From NCBI GenBank assembly GCA_905178155.1, contig CAJINV010000004.1, forward strand, positions 5,392,258 to 5,456,257: a DNA stretch of 64,000 bases. Direction: 5' to 3'. A model generated the notes under the pieces. It ran no database searches. It saw only the letters and a list, made by a program, of their open reading frames with translations, and was not told the DNA's origin. The position numbers and the translations under genes are program-made. The DNA comes from Amoebophrya sp. A120. Its lineage: Eukaryota; Protista; Dinoflagellata. Numbering within the stretch: the stretch's first letter is position 1; every line of letters begins with the position of its first letter. Of this stretch, positions 12,424 to 23,121 are shown piece after piece.

Positions 12424-15036
12424 TTACACAGAACTGATGGAGTGCGCAAATGCGACTAGTGCCTGCTGCGTTTCCTGCACATCGTGCACTCGAAACATGC
12501 ACTGAAAATCCACTTTCCCCGCCAACGCGCAGGTCAGTGCGAGGTTTCCTGGCAGCGTCTGCTTCCCCGAAGCGTGCCATTGAGCGCCGGAACCCTGTGC
12601 AAAACTGACAAAGCGTTTCCGACTGTGTCCGAAGCACTGCACCGGACGCCACAGCTCGCGCGCGTGGCGCACGATCTCCAAACTTTGTTCCGGCGTTTTC
12701 GCAAACCCGAGTCCTGGGTCGCACACCACCCTCCACGGAGGCACGTCGTAATTGCGAAATAACACCCGCAGCCGTTCCTCGAAGAACTCATTCAAGTGCG
12801 CGACGACCAGCGATAGTGAAGCACCGCCACCTCGTCCCCTTGCGACTTCTTGGCCGCCGCTGCTAACGTCGCCAACGTGCTTGCTTGTTCCCAAGTCGGA
12901 ACTGTAATTCCGTCTCGGTGTAGCAGTGTTGCCTCCGCTCGAATCCGCTATTTTTGCATTTGCAGCACAACTCCTGCTCTTTTCCATGTCTTTCCCCTGC
13001 TCGCCATAGTTGGTCAAAAAATCCATGCTCTTGAAGTCGCCCCGCATGTGCATACCGATGTAGAAAAACTCGTCGCTCTCAGGAACAGTCAGTCCGCTGC
13101 TCCTGGTGCTGTCCACCTTCTCGTCTGTGTGGCTCTCACTACACGACGGATGAACAACACCCCTATTACTCAATCCGCCCCGTATCCCAGAGACATTTCG
13201 AATGCCGTCGCTCAAAAGTGCAAACATGTCGTTTTTTTCACTTCTACTAGAATTGTCCTGTCCACCAGCACGACCTCGAAACTTTTGATGTATTTCGTCT
13301 ACTTTATTTTCACCACCCGAGCCAGCGAAAACAGATGTTCTCCCACTATACCCTCCGAATTCGATGTCGTTCACGCAGACCGCTCCGCACTGCAGCGCCC
13401 GCCGCGCCACCGCCGCTTTCCGCGTGTCGGCGGAAAACGGGATGCCTTTCTCCCCGAGCTTTTCGTAGACGGGCACCACGCGCTCGAGCTCCTCCTCGCG
13501 AGCCACGTGCTCCGCCCCGGGGCGACTGGACTCCCCGCCCACGTCGACAATATGGCAGCCCTGCGCGCGCATTTCCTCCGCCCGTTGCAACGCTACCGCA
13601 GCGTCGACGTACAGTCCGCCGTCGCTGAAGCTGTCGGGCGTCGTGTTCAAAATGCCCATCAACCACGCCTCGTTCGCCCCGGCCAGCGTGCCGAGCCCCG
13701 GTAGGAACCGCGACGGGCCGCGCGCGCCGTCGGGCATCGGGAGGGCGCAGAGAACCTCCTTCGTCACGGGGTGCTGCGTGTGTTCTCGCCGGTCGGCGCG
13801 CAGCAGCTCCTGCAGCGGGACCAGGACGAAATCCCGGAGCAGCATGCGCGGGTGTGGGATCTGCAGGTCGAGGCGTGAAACGTTGTGGCGGTCGCGTTCT
13901 TCTCGCGGCTTCGTGCTTCTATCCCCTCTTGCCACAGCGAGGATCTCTGCATCTTCTGGCGCCTCGTTGTTCTTGCTAATGTTCACAATATCGTCGTCGA
14001 ACAGCAGAATGTCTAAGTCCACCGTCCGTGCCGGGGGGATGTAGTTTGGCTTCTCGTCTTTCTGGTCCAACACACTCCCCTGCAAATGGCCGCTGCTCGT
14101 CCGGTCGTCGTTACTGTTATCATGGTTTTGAATGCTGCGAAGATGAAGATCATCTTCATCACAACCGTGAGCCCCCAGCCCGTCTTCGCTTGTTCCTCGT
14201 CTCCTTCGCCCGCCCCGGCGCTCCACGTCGAGCAGAACTTCCAGCAGGGCGGTGGGTGTCAGCGAGGTAAGCAGACTGCAGCACGCGTTCAGGTAGTTAT
14301 TTGTGTTTGTTGTCTTTGGTGATGATGCAGCACTGGGGGAGTAGTTGCAAGATGATGTTGTGCTCCTCTCAGTTGTACTAGCCAGCGCCGCAGGACGAGG
14401 TAATCCTGATTCAGCTGCTTCCTCCTCCTTGCTTGCCAAATCGATAACTTTTCCAGCACCGCCGCGGTCGACCCTTTTATTTGTCGTCGCGGAACTCTTC
14501 GCTTTTTCCACGAACTTCGGCTGCGCCCGGGACTCGTATAAACTCGACGTGTTCTGCAGCTGAATCCCCGGCTGGTTCCCGAGATCGCGCAACGCGGCTT
14601 CCAAGTGGCGGACTCGGTTCGGGCCCTCGTTCGACCCGAGCGCCAGGACAACGTAGTGCGGCAGGGGATTATTTTCCCCATTTTTTCCCCCGTCATCTTC
14701 TGTAGAAGCGCAGCGGTCTTGTTCGAGGAAGCTGCTGCTGTGTCTTCGCTTCTGCTCCGTGATCGGAGAGGAAGTGCTTTCCCCCCTTCGATGCTGTTTG
14801 CTTCGGACATACAACTCGGGGGTGCAGGTTAATATGCTGCTTGTGCTTCCGGGAGTGGAGGAAAGCTTCGAGGTTGTTGTCTCGACCATTATTTGCAGTT
14901 GGAGTTGTGTACATGGAAATTTTCTACGAAGATGAAGATCTGTGCAGCAGACTGAAACAGCACTGCTTGTTTCATACAGGCACGTACGGGGACGGAAAAG
15001 GACAGAAGGTAATTTTGCAGGAAATCTCGACATCAA
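12424..15036 (-). CDS. Bifunctional HPPK-DHPS (hydroxymethyldihydropterin pyrophosphokinase / dihydropteroate synthase); start uncertain
   Basis: HPPK motifs LALGSN, TSSLYES, RTVDLDIL, IPHPRMLLRDFVLVPL; DHPS motifs MGILNTTPDSFSDGG, DVGGESSRPGA, DPGLGFAK, GHSRKRF, FRVHDV. Confidence 0.95.
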   Translation of the reverse strand: MMSRFPAKLPSVLFRPRTCLYETSSAVSVCCTDLHLRRKFPCTQLQLQIMVETTTSKLSSTPGSTSSILTCTPELYVRSKQHRRGESTSSPITEQKRRHSSSFLEQDRCASTEDDGGKNGENNPLPHYVVLALGSNEGPNRVRHLEAALRDLGNQPGIQLQNTSSLYESRAQPKFVEKAKSSATTNKRVDRGGAGKVIDLASKEEEAAESGLPRPAALASTTERSTTSSCNYSPSAASSPKTTNTNNYLNACCSLLTSLTPTALLEVLLDVERRGGRRRRGTSEDGLGAHGCDEDDLHLRSIQNHDNSNDDRTSSGHLQGSVLDQKDEKPNYIPPARTVDLDILLFDDDIVNISKNNEAPEDAEILAVARGDRSTKPREERDRHNVSRLDLQIPHPRMLLRDFVLVPLQELLRADRREHTQHPVTKEVLCALPMPDGARGPSRFLPGLGTLAGANEAWLMGILNTTPDSFSDGGLYVDAAVALQRAEEMRAQGCHIVDVGGESSRPGAEHVAREEELERVVPVYEKLGEKGIPFSADTRKAAVARRALQCGAVCVNDIEFGGYSGRTSVFAGSGGENKVDEIHQKFRGRAGGQDNSSRSEKNDMFALLSDGIRNVSGIRGGLSNRGVVHPSCSESHTDEKVDSTRSSGLTVPESDEFFYIGMHMRGDFKSMDFLTNYGEQGKDMEKSRSCAANAKIADSSGGNTATPRRNYSSDLGTSKHVGDVSSGGQEVARGRGGGASLSLVVAHLNEFFEERLRVLFRNYDVPPWRVVCDPGLGFAKTPEQSLEIVRHARELWRPVQCFGHSRKRFVSFAQGSGAQWHASGKQTLPGNLALTCALAGKVDFQCMFRVHDVQETQQALVAFAHSISSV

Positions 15037-15592
15037 ACAGCTGTATGTATCTGTAGAACTTGTTGTAGCCAGTCCGCAGGTGAAAACTTAAATTTCAGGT
15101 ATAATTTTGCTCTGTACTAATTTCCGGTAGGTTGCAGCAAATGGAAGATCAGTTCCCAACATATTTGAAAACTACGAAACGCAACGATATTAACAAACCG
15201 ACACCAGCTACGGCTTTTTTCTTTTCCCGTCTTTCTGCAGATCGTCGCAACACAAAACTTGATCACGAAAATCGCATCTTCTTCCGTCGTCGCCATCTTC
15301 TACCTCCTACATCTAAAATTGCATCATAAATCGACACATTTTCGTCAGAGAAAAAGGACGCAAAAAAAGACATTTTTCCCGGAGTAGTGTAAGAACGTGA
15401 ACAGCGAAAAAGGTTGCCTCGAACATGCTGCTTCCATCTCCTCCCCAAGAATGATGAAAGGAGTTGTTTTCGGTTTTTTTCCACTTGTTTCTTTCTTCGT
15501 TTATTACACTACATGTACGTGTGGTCATCGAATATATGTCATGTCTGAACATGATATGGCACACCAGTTGTACTTAGAAGAAGGTTGTTCCC

Positions 15593-16675
15593 CTACTCTT
15601 CCTTCTTTTCCTCTACTTTTTGTTGTTCTTGTTTCATCTCCTCCTGTACCTTCTTCCACCTCTCTTGCACTTCTGCGAACGGGCTGGCTGGGGCGGCGAA
15701 AGGCCTTGGAACCTGATAGAAGATTTTATTTGAGTTTCTGTTTCATTCAGCATTGCATTGGTTTTCCACCAATCTGTGTCGAACTACGCAGCATGCAGCA
15801 TGCAAAGACTTTTGAACGGAAACAGGATACTTACTGCAGAGACTCTTACTCTTTGTGGAAGTCACATGTTCATCGTCCAAACCAACGAAGGACCCTAAGT
15901 GAACGAATTGATGTGCCCAGTAATAAAGCTACTTAGTAAACCTATACCTGATTCCTGACCACGTAGCTTTCGAATAGCGGCGACACTATCAGCTCCAGCG
16001 GTACGGTGACGATTTGGAACGCGAGGGGAAGCAGCGCGCCGAACTGCATGTGAATGAACATCAGCATGCCCCAACTTATCACCGTCTTCTGCAGCTGCTC
16101 CTTCCACTGCGTCAGATCGTATTCCTGATGAGCGGTATGTATGTATAAATGTGATTATTTTTGATCGTCCAAAGGAAAAAATGCAAGACAAAAAATTCAC
16201 GTTTGTCTCATGCCGGATCAGCAGGACAAATTTTCTATAAATACGATACCAGTCTCCCCATTTTACACGCTGGTGTCTGCTCGGCTCCCATCACCATTTT
16301 TGCTGGGACGTCGACTTCTGGCAGGGCTTTTCCCGTCTTCTCCTCTTCTGCCTGGGCGTTGAACATCTCCCGCCGAATGTACACCAGTGCGAGGAGTGCA
16401 AACACGTTTACGATCACGTGCAACGCCCGAAAATTGTTCACGCCCAAGTCCTCCAGGGGGTACTTGTTGCTCGCCAGTAGCAATGCGATCGGAGCGAACT
16501 GCTGAATCCCCTTCGCTTTGCTAATGTACGCGGATGGCGTGTAGTCATCTGTACTAGCAGCTGCTTCTGTCGCTTGTTTTGCTTCCTTGTCACCCCCGCT
16601 TGGTGGTGACTTCGAACCGGATCGCGTGGACTCGAGAGTCTTCCGCAACTCAACCTCCGACTTCGACGGTGCCAT
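15593..16675 (-). CDS. PHO88/SND3-like ER membrane protein; 3 exons
   Basis: Introns 16125-16249 and 15713-15947 (GT-AG) give ..EYDLTQWKEQLQK..MLMFIHMQFGALLPLAFQ..VPRPFAAP.., resembling the EYD / MH..PL..Q / RPF pattern of PHO88. Confidence 0.7.
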
Positions 16676-17325
16676 CGTGGTTGTCTACTTGTTTTTTAAA
16701 GCTGATGATGTAGTAGTTGTTTTGGTGCGTTTAATTACAGCATCGACCAAACTTCATCTGAAAATGGATACTATACTTTTTGCTCGTGGTTTCTTGATGA
16801 CCACTTGGATAGGCACAGATTCTACTGTAAGTACTTCTGGTGAACGTAGAGCAGGAACTACTCGACCGCAGACTTACTGAGAGGAAACGAATATTTTTAT
16901 AATATTGTGCGGAGAAAGGAAAGTGATATGCTTCAGGAACTTCTTCGCCTCCTTCAAATTTCAGGTTGCTGTGAAGATTTTACCAGTCTTTCAAAGGCAT
17001 ACAAGAGATCGTCGGGTGCTGGGCAAAAAAAGTATACAGCTGTGGTCTTCATCAAAAAAAAAAACGATCCAAGTTTTCATCACCGGAGTCGCTCTCTATA
17101 TTTTTTCTCAGTATCTATACCGGATAAGCAGTGCTCGTCCACCTCAGGAGCAACTTCAAATCACGGCGTTCTGATCGGATGTGAAGATGAACATGATTTC
17201 GTTTCTACTGCTTCTCAACAGCAGAACACATGTCGAAGATTGTATGAAATTGCTGTGGTGCTGTTCGACGGGTGATGAAAATGCTACTTATCTCCATCTG
17301 CAGCTGGCTGCTGCTCTCTATGCTG

Positions 17326-20300
17326 CTATATTAATGCCCTATCAATATCCGTCCGCCTGTGGTCTCGCCCGAAGACCCCCGCAAACTGTATAAAGTTCTG
17401 CTTCAGCCGCTCTGCGAGCCACTCCAGGGGCCAGCTGGAAGAGCTTGTTCTTTCTTCCTCCCGATGCCGCAAGAAAGAAACCACCCAGCGGTACTTTTGC
17501 TTCAACTCGCACAGCGTTCTTTCTGTAACCTTCATCAGGTCGTGCTCTCCTGAAGAAGGGTCCTCGACGCATTTCAACAATTCCTCCAGCTGGAAGCTGA
17601 GCATGTATCCGTCAGACTTTGGCTCCACGTAAAGTGGTTTTTGGTTTCGGCTTGGAGTGGCACCATTCGACGCTGCATGTGCATTTCTATCCCCCCCCTC
17701 CACGGGCGTGTAGGGAGAAATCAGGTCGGGGAAAATCTCCGTGCTCGCAAACCCGTATCTGCGAAGGAACCGGAACGCACGGTGGATTAACAGCGCTGCC
17801 CGGGAAGATGATGATTTCGCGGGGGTAGAAGACAACTCATCCGAAGCTGAGTTGTCACTGGAAGAGGTCGTGCCGCTGGTGGTTCGCCTTTCGTTTATTT
17901 GTTCCCCTGCTTGTTCTGATGTTGAACCTGCTGCTATTTTTGCACCCTCCTCACCCTGCACGATTTGATGTTCGTCGTCGTCGAGCAAGTGCTCCAATGC
18001 CGCGGAATCCGCTCCTGCAGAGTTCAAATCACCGGAAAAATTCTGGTTATATTCCGACTCGACCAAGTTTAGGGCATCGTTCACTGCTGCTGCTGGTGAC
18101 ACTTTAGTAACTGCACGATCTTCGTCCTGCTGGCTATTTAATACACCTTCTCCCCCCACAAACCGCGTCACCGGTACTAGTTCCTTCGGCACAAAGCTTC
18201 CCCTCCTCGCCCGGATCTGCGCCAATTGCCAGTCAAGAACCAGCAGTTTCCGGTACTTGGGGACGAAGAGAATGTTGTAGGCCCACAAGTCGTTGTGCTG
18301 CACGAGGCTTTGTTCCATACACAGCAGCATCTCCGCGATCAGGTGGAAAACAAACGCGAGAAACCGGGCTCGGAGGACATAAGAGAGATCTTGGTCTTCT
18401 TCACGTCCTGCAGGAGGAGCTCCTTCCGCACGATCATCCGCAGCTGCAGTTCCAGTTGCATTTGCTTCTACCTCCTCCTCGTGGAAAGCCCCACCAAGCA
18501 ACCGCAACGCCGGCAACACGTACTTCCTGTCGAACAGGAAGAGTTCAGAATTTTTAACTTGATGGTCGATGAAACGACCTTGACGAGTACTTCTATCCTC
18601 TTCTGCGACAACACCTTCTCCCTCCCCCTCGTCCACCATGGCGAACAGCTTGTCCAACGAAATGGCGTTTTGGAAAAATTCGGTCTTCAGCTCGCTGTGC
18701 TCCGACATCTGGTTCTTGATGTGAACATGGTATAAAAGTGCGGGCGTGCAGACAAACGGATTGGCGTAGGGGTCATGATCATGGTAGGAGGTTCTATCTT
18801 TTGATGCTTCTGTTGACATCAGGTTGTTGTTGTTCCTCTCATTCCTCGTAGTCACTCCTGGAGAAGAGGACATCCCAAACCGTTCGAGAAACGCGATGGA
18901 CTCGTCGCCTGGCGTGGGGTGGAGCAGGTAGAGAAAAAACGCCTCCCGCGAGCCAAAAGTGAAGGATGAGAGTTTTGTCAACGTTTTCCAATTTCCTCGC
19001 GTGATTTTCTGGTCCAGATCAACTACATCGGGCTCCACCTCATCTTCGAGGTCAACATTTTCTGCTTGTGGTATCGCACCTACTGTTCTACTCGAACTTG
19101 AAGTCCTTGGACCATCATCGCTAGTACCACTACTGCCAACACTGACAAAAGAACTCCGCCGCTCCCCGGTCAGCTGTTTGAAATACGCGTGCGCGCCGAA
19201 CAGAAACGCGGAGGTGGCAAGGAGCTCGTGCTGCGTGGTGTCTACCTGCGGGAGTTGCGGTTCCACCAGGATGGTTTTCACCACCATGGCGTCCGCCTTC
19301 CAGGGCGTGGGCTTTGCGGCGATCAAGTAGAACGGCCGTTGGTTAACAAATTGCGATACTGCGTCTAGGTTTGATGTTCTTGTTGATCCGGCATTTTCGA
19401 ACTGAAACACCGTGGCGAGATTTTTCAAGTACGCGAAGATATCGAAAATCTGGGGCGCTTGTTGTTGACCCTCTTCTTGATCACTCCCTGAGGATGACCA
19501 CATCACACCGTCGTTGATCAGTAGCTCCTGTGCTTCTAAAATTAACTGCAACTCTTTCTTCTGGCCGTGCTCAGTAGTAGTTTGCCCTTCGCTTGCGTCT
19601 CGCTCCTCCTCCCGATCTTCGAAGAACGCCTCCGTTACGGTCGCGACCACCGCGTCGGCACCCAATTTGCCCTCCCGTTTTTCCCCGTATTTCTCCGGGC
19701 GCACGTCAAATGCGAAGTGGATTTTCTCAAAGCCCTGCTTCAGCTTGTGCACGAAGCGGGTCAGGAGTTTAGAGATCAGCGGGTTCAGGTTGAGCTTTCT
19801 TCGCTCCTGAACAAAATTCTCATCATTCTCCTCTTCTACTACTTCCACGTCCACCACACCATCCAGTCCCTCGTCGTCAGACACGAAAGACCCGTCCTCT
19901 GCCAGTATCCGCGTGCCCGGGAACTGGGTTCGGCGGGTCAGCAGGTCCGTAAAAGATAAAGAAGAAGAACGAGAAGGAGAACGAGAAGGAGAGGGAGATA
20001 CTGTTGTTCTCGATGTTTCATCCTCAAACACTCCCCCGAGAATCACCAACTCCGCCAACATTTCCAGATTCAATTTCAACACCACAGTTTCCTTTGCGAT
20101 ATGGATTGCAAAAATGTCTGGGTCTGGAAGGATACAACTTGTGATGCTACTTTTGGAATCTACATAAAATCTGTATTGCATGAACGGCAAAAGAGGTGTA
20201 ATTTGTGCTAAGCGGAGAGGGCGTTTCTCATACGGTATCTATGAGCATCAGAAAGCCCTCGCAAAATCTCTGATGCTAGGTCATGCATCACAGACCTCAT

Positions 20301-22763
20301 GGGTCATGCAAAATCTGCATGCCAAACTCCTGCATTCTTCCAGACCCAGACATTTTTGCATTTGATACGCAACGTAGTTCAGCAACTCCGCAAACGCATC
20401 CACTTGCAACTTGCTATCCAGAAACAAGCTGCACTTCGGCTATCAAATGCAAATATGTCTGGGTCTGGAAAGAATGGGATTTGTGATGCTGCCCTTGGAC
20501 TCTACACAAAATCTGTATTGCATGAACAGCATAGGAGGTGCAATTTGTGCTCCGCGGAGAGGGCATTTCTCATGCGGCATGAGCATCAGAAAGCCCTCGC
20601 AGAATCTCTGATGCTAGGGCATGCATCACAGATCTCCATCTCGTGGGTCATGGAAAATCTGCATGACAAACTTCTGCATTCTTCCAAACCCAGACATATT
20701 TGCAGTTCATATCGGCTCCACGACGACCATGTCGTGCTGGAAAAACTCGTTTCTGCCCGCTTCCAGCCACAGATTCGAACCGGATTGCGTGTGCGCCTGG
20801 GCCATGCGGAAGTGGCGGTAGTCGAGGGAGTTCGCGTCGGTGAAGAGGGACGAGGGTGAACTAGTGCTAGATGCAGTCGTGACTGACGCAGAAGTAGCTT
20901 GTTCCCCCGCGCTGATCCTCCTCGTCGTTCCCATTGAGAAGCCAAACGTGCGCATGGGCAGCCGGAAACCATATTTCGCGGAAAAGTGCGTGGTCACCGG
21001 TATTTTCGCAGTGGCTGTAGATTTTTGCGATGATTTAATATCTCCACTGGCAGCTCGTCTGGCATTTTTTGCTCCTTCGCGTAGCTCCACCTCGGAGGAC
21101 GACGAACAAGAAGATCTTATCTCCTCTTCATCACTCCAAACGCCGCTGTTCCGAACCGCCTTGCCAAGAGCAGCCGCGTCTGCGGCAGCGTCGACGAACA
21201 AAACCGTCCGATTCTGCACAGTGTCCGGGCCGAGGTAATCGAAAAGCACCGGCAGTAGGGACCCGTCTTGTGTAAAGTAGAAAGTTGTGGAGGATTGTAA
21301 AATTTCATTCGAAGAAAATGATCCTCGTGGTGCTCGCGCATGATCTGCTTCTTCTCTAATATTGTTCCGACACTGCCGCTGCAGCTTCTGGTGGATACGC
21401 CCACGGTTGTAATCTGGTGTTCCTGCAGAAGTACTTTTGATGTGCTTGTTTTCCTGCACCTGCTGATCATCGAAGTTCCAATCCAGCTCAACCGCGACGT
21501 TCGGAGAAACCATATCCCGACGACCAAGCCAGCTCGGCACGAAAAACGCCTCCGGGACCACCGCTTTGTATTTCCGCCAGTTGTTGAAAAAGGAGTTGTA
21601 CAGCGCCGGGTGCTGCGAGACCTTTTGCAGAAAAAACGCCAAGTGGTGCGGCGTGGCAAAGTCGTACGCGTACAGAATCGGGAAATCCGCGTGGATCGGC
21701 GCGAAGAGCTGCCGTGTGCAGATGCTGGTGGGGTTTGATGCTCCTGCACGACATTGATGGTGGTCGCCACTGCTGCTATCGCTCCCAACGTACCAAAGCT
21801 CCTCCCGCTTGCCAAAAAACACGGGCAGCACCATCCGACTCACGGCTTCCCACACCAGCCCGGGCTGCCACACCAGCACCATCAGGTACTCACGGAGGTC
21901 GGTGAGTGTTCGCTTCTCCCGGGCGTAGAACGTGTTCCAGGTGAGGCCTGAGGTGCAATTGGTTTCTCGATTCAAACTTCGATTTCCATGACTACATGCG
22001 CGAAAAAACATCAACATTGCTAAAGCTAAAGTACTTAGAGTACTTACAACACGCCAAATTCTTGTTGCGCAAGAAATGAAGTTTTGCAATACAACACGGA
22101 TTTTTATACACCTGGGTCCCTGGCGCAGGGTCCGTAGGTGTCCAGCGGCAGGAACTGGGACAGAAAAAGCAGTGTCTGGACCACCTCGGCCGGGCAGTCG
22201 GCTTTCTCCTCCACCCAGAGGTGCGCGAACATCCGCGGTGGGGCACCGGACTCACCGCTGCTGGAGTCCTCATGCGCGGCGAAACACGTCGGGCCACACG
22301 CGCGGCTGGGAATGGGCTGTGGGTCCTTGTTGAACAAATGCTGCTGTTGCAGTACTTCTGCGTGTCGTCCTGTGCTGCCGCTTCCCCAGGCAGACACGGT
22401 GGAACCCGAGACAGCAACATAATAGGGGAGGAAAACCAACAGAAAATGAAAATGTGTGCGAAATACGGATGTTGAAATCAAAGGGAAATTCGAATTACAA
22501 GCGTGGAGGAGGATCGACATCTTGATCTTCTTTATTCTTTCTTCTCTTCTATAAAAGTAGGACCTTTCCAACTGATTCACAAATTCGTCGTGATCACGGC
22601 CGACACAGATCGCGCGGCAGTTCTTCAACGAAAGATAATCGAAAAAATTCGTGCACAAAATAAAAGATCTTCGAGACTGCAAGACGCGCAGCGCGTCCGC
22701 ATATCGGAGAAGAAAAAGCTGAACAAAGCTTCCGCTGGAATCTTGTTCTGACATGTTGATCAT
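17326..22763 (-). CDS. Large protein with a C-terminal atypical kinase-like domain (APH/choline kinase/EcKL-like); start uncertain
   Basis: HNDLWAYNILF and LVLDWQLA motifs. ORFs 22104-22910, 20707-22089, mini-exon 20368-20440 and 17326-20190 join in frame via GT-AG intron 21948-22111 and introners 20441-20711 and 20100-20367. Confidence 0.65.
20100..20367. mobile_element. Introner/MITE family A
   Basis: Family A TIRs; TSD TGCGA/CGCAA (both differences at wobble positions); removal gives NYVA-KETV. Confidence 0.9.
20441..20711. mobile_element. Introner/MITE family A
   Basis: Family A TIRs; perfect TSD TCGGC; removal gives VEP-KCSLFLD. Confidence 0.9.
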
Positions 22764-23121
22764 GGGTTCAACACCTAATTTACAGAGCAGATAACGAAAC
22801 AGATAAGATTGCGCTGTGGAAACAAGAGGATGCAGTTTTTGGCGTTTGGCAAACCAGCAGAAAAGCTTTGCATTTGTGCAGACACGCAGAATTTGGTCAT
22901 GAATGAGCACGAATTATACTCGCAAAATATGTATAGCAAAATAAGTTGTGCTACGTAGAAATCATACCAGACTTGATACGCGCTCGTGCATGGCGTAGTT
23001 TACCGCCAACTACTACCTCATCAATTTCATTTTTTGTATCATACACGAATAGATTCGATCATCATTTTCATTAACTTTAGTTATATTCTACGCCATCTCC
23101 GCCAGATCCGGGTACTTATAC

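Noticed and set aside
12850-13704. Long antisense ORFs over real genes (also 43950-44798 and 53092-54009)
   Set aside because: Shadow frames of GC-rich coding sequence with no recognisable motifs.
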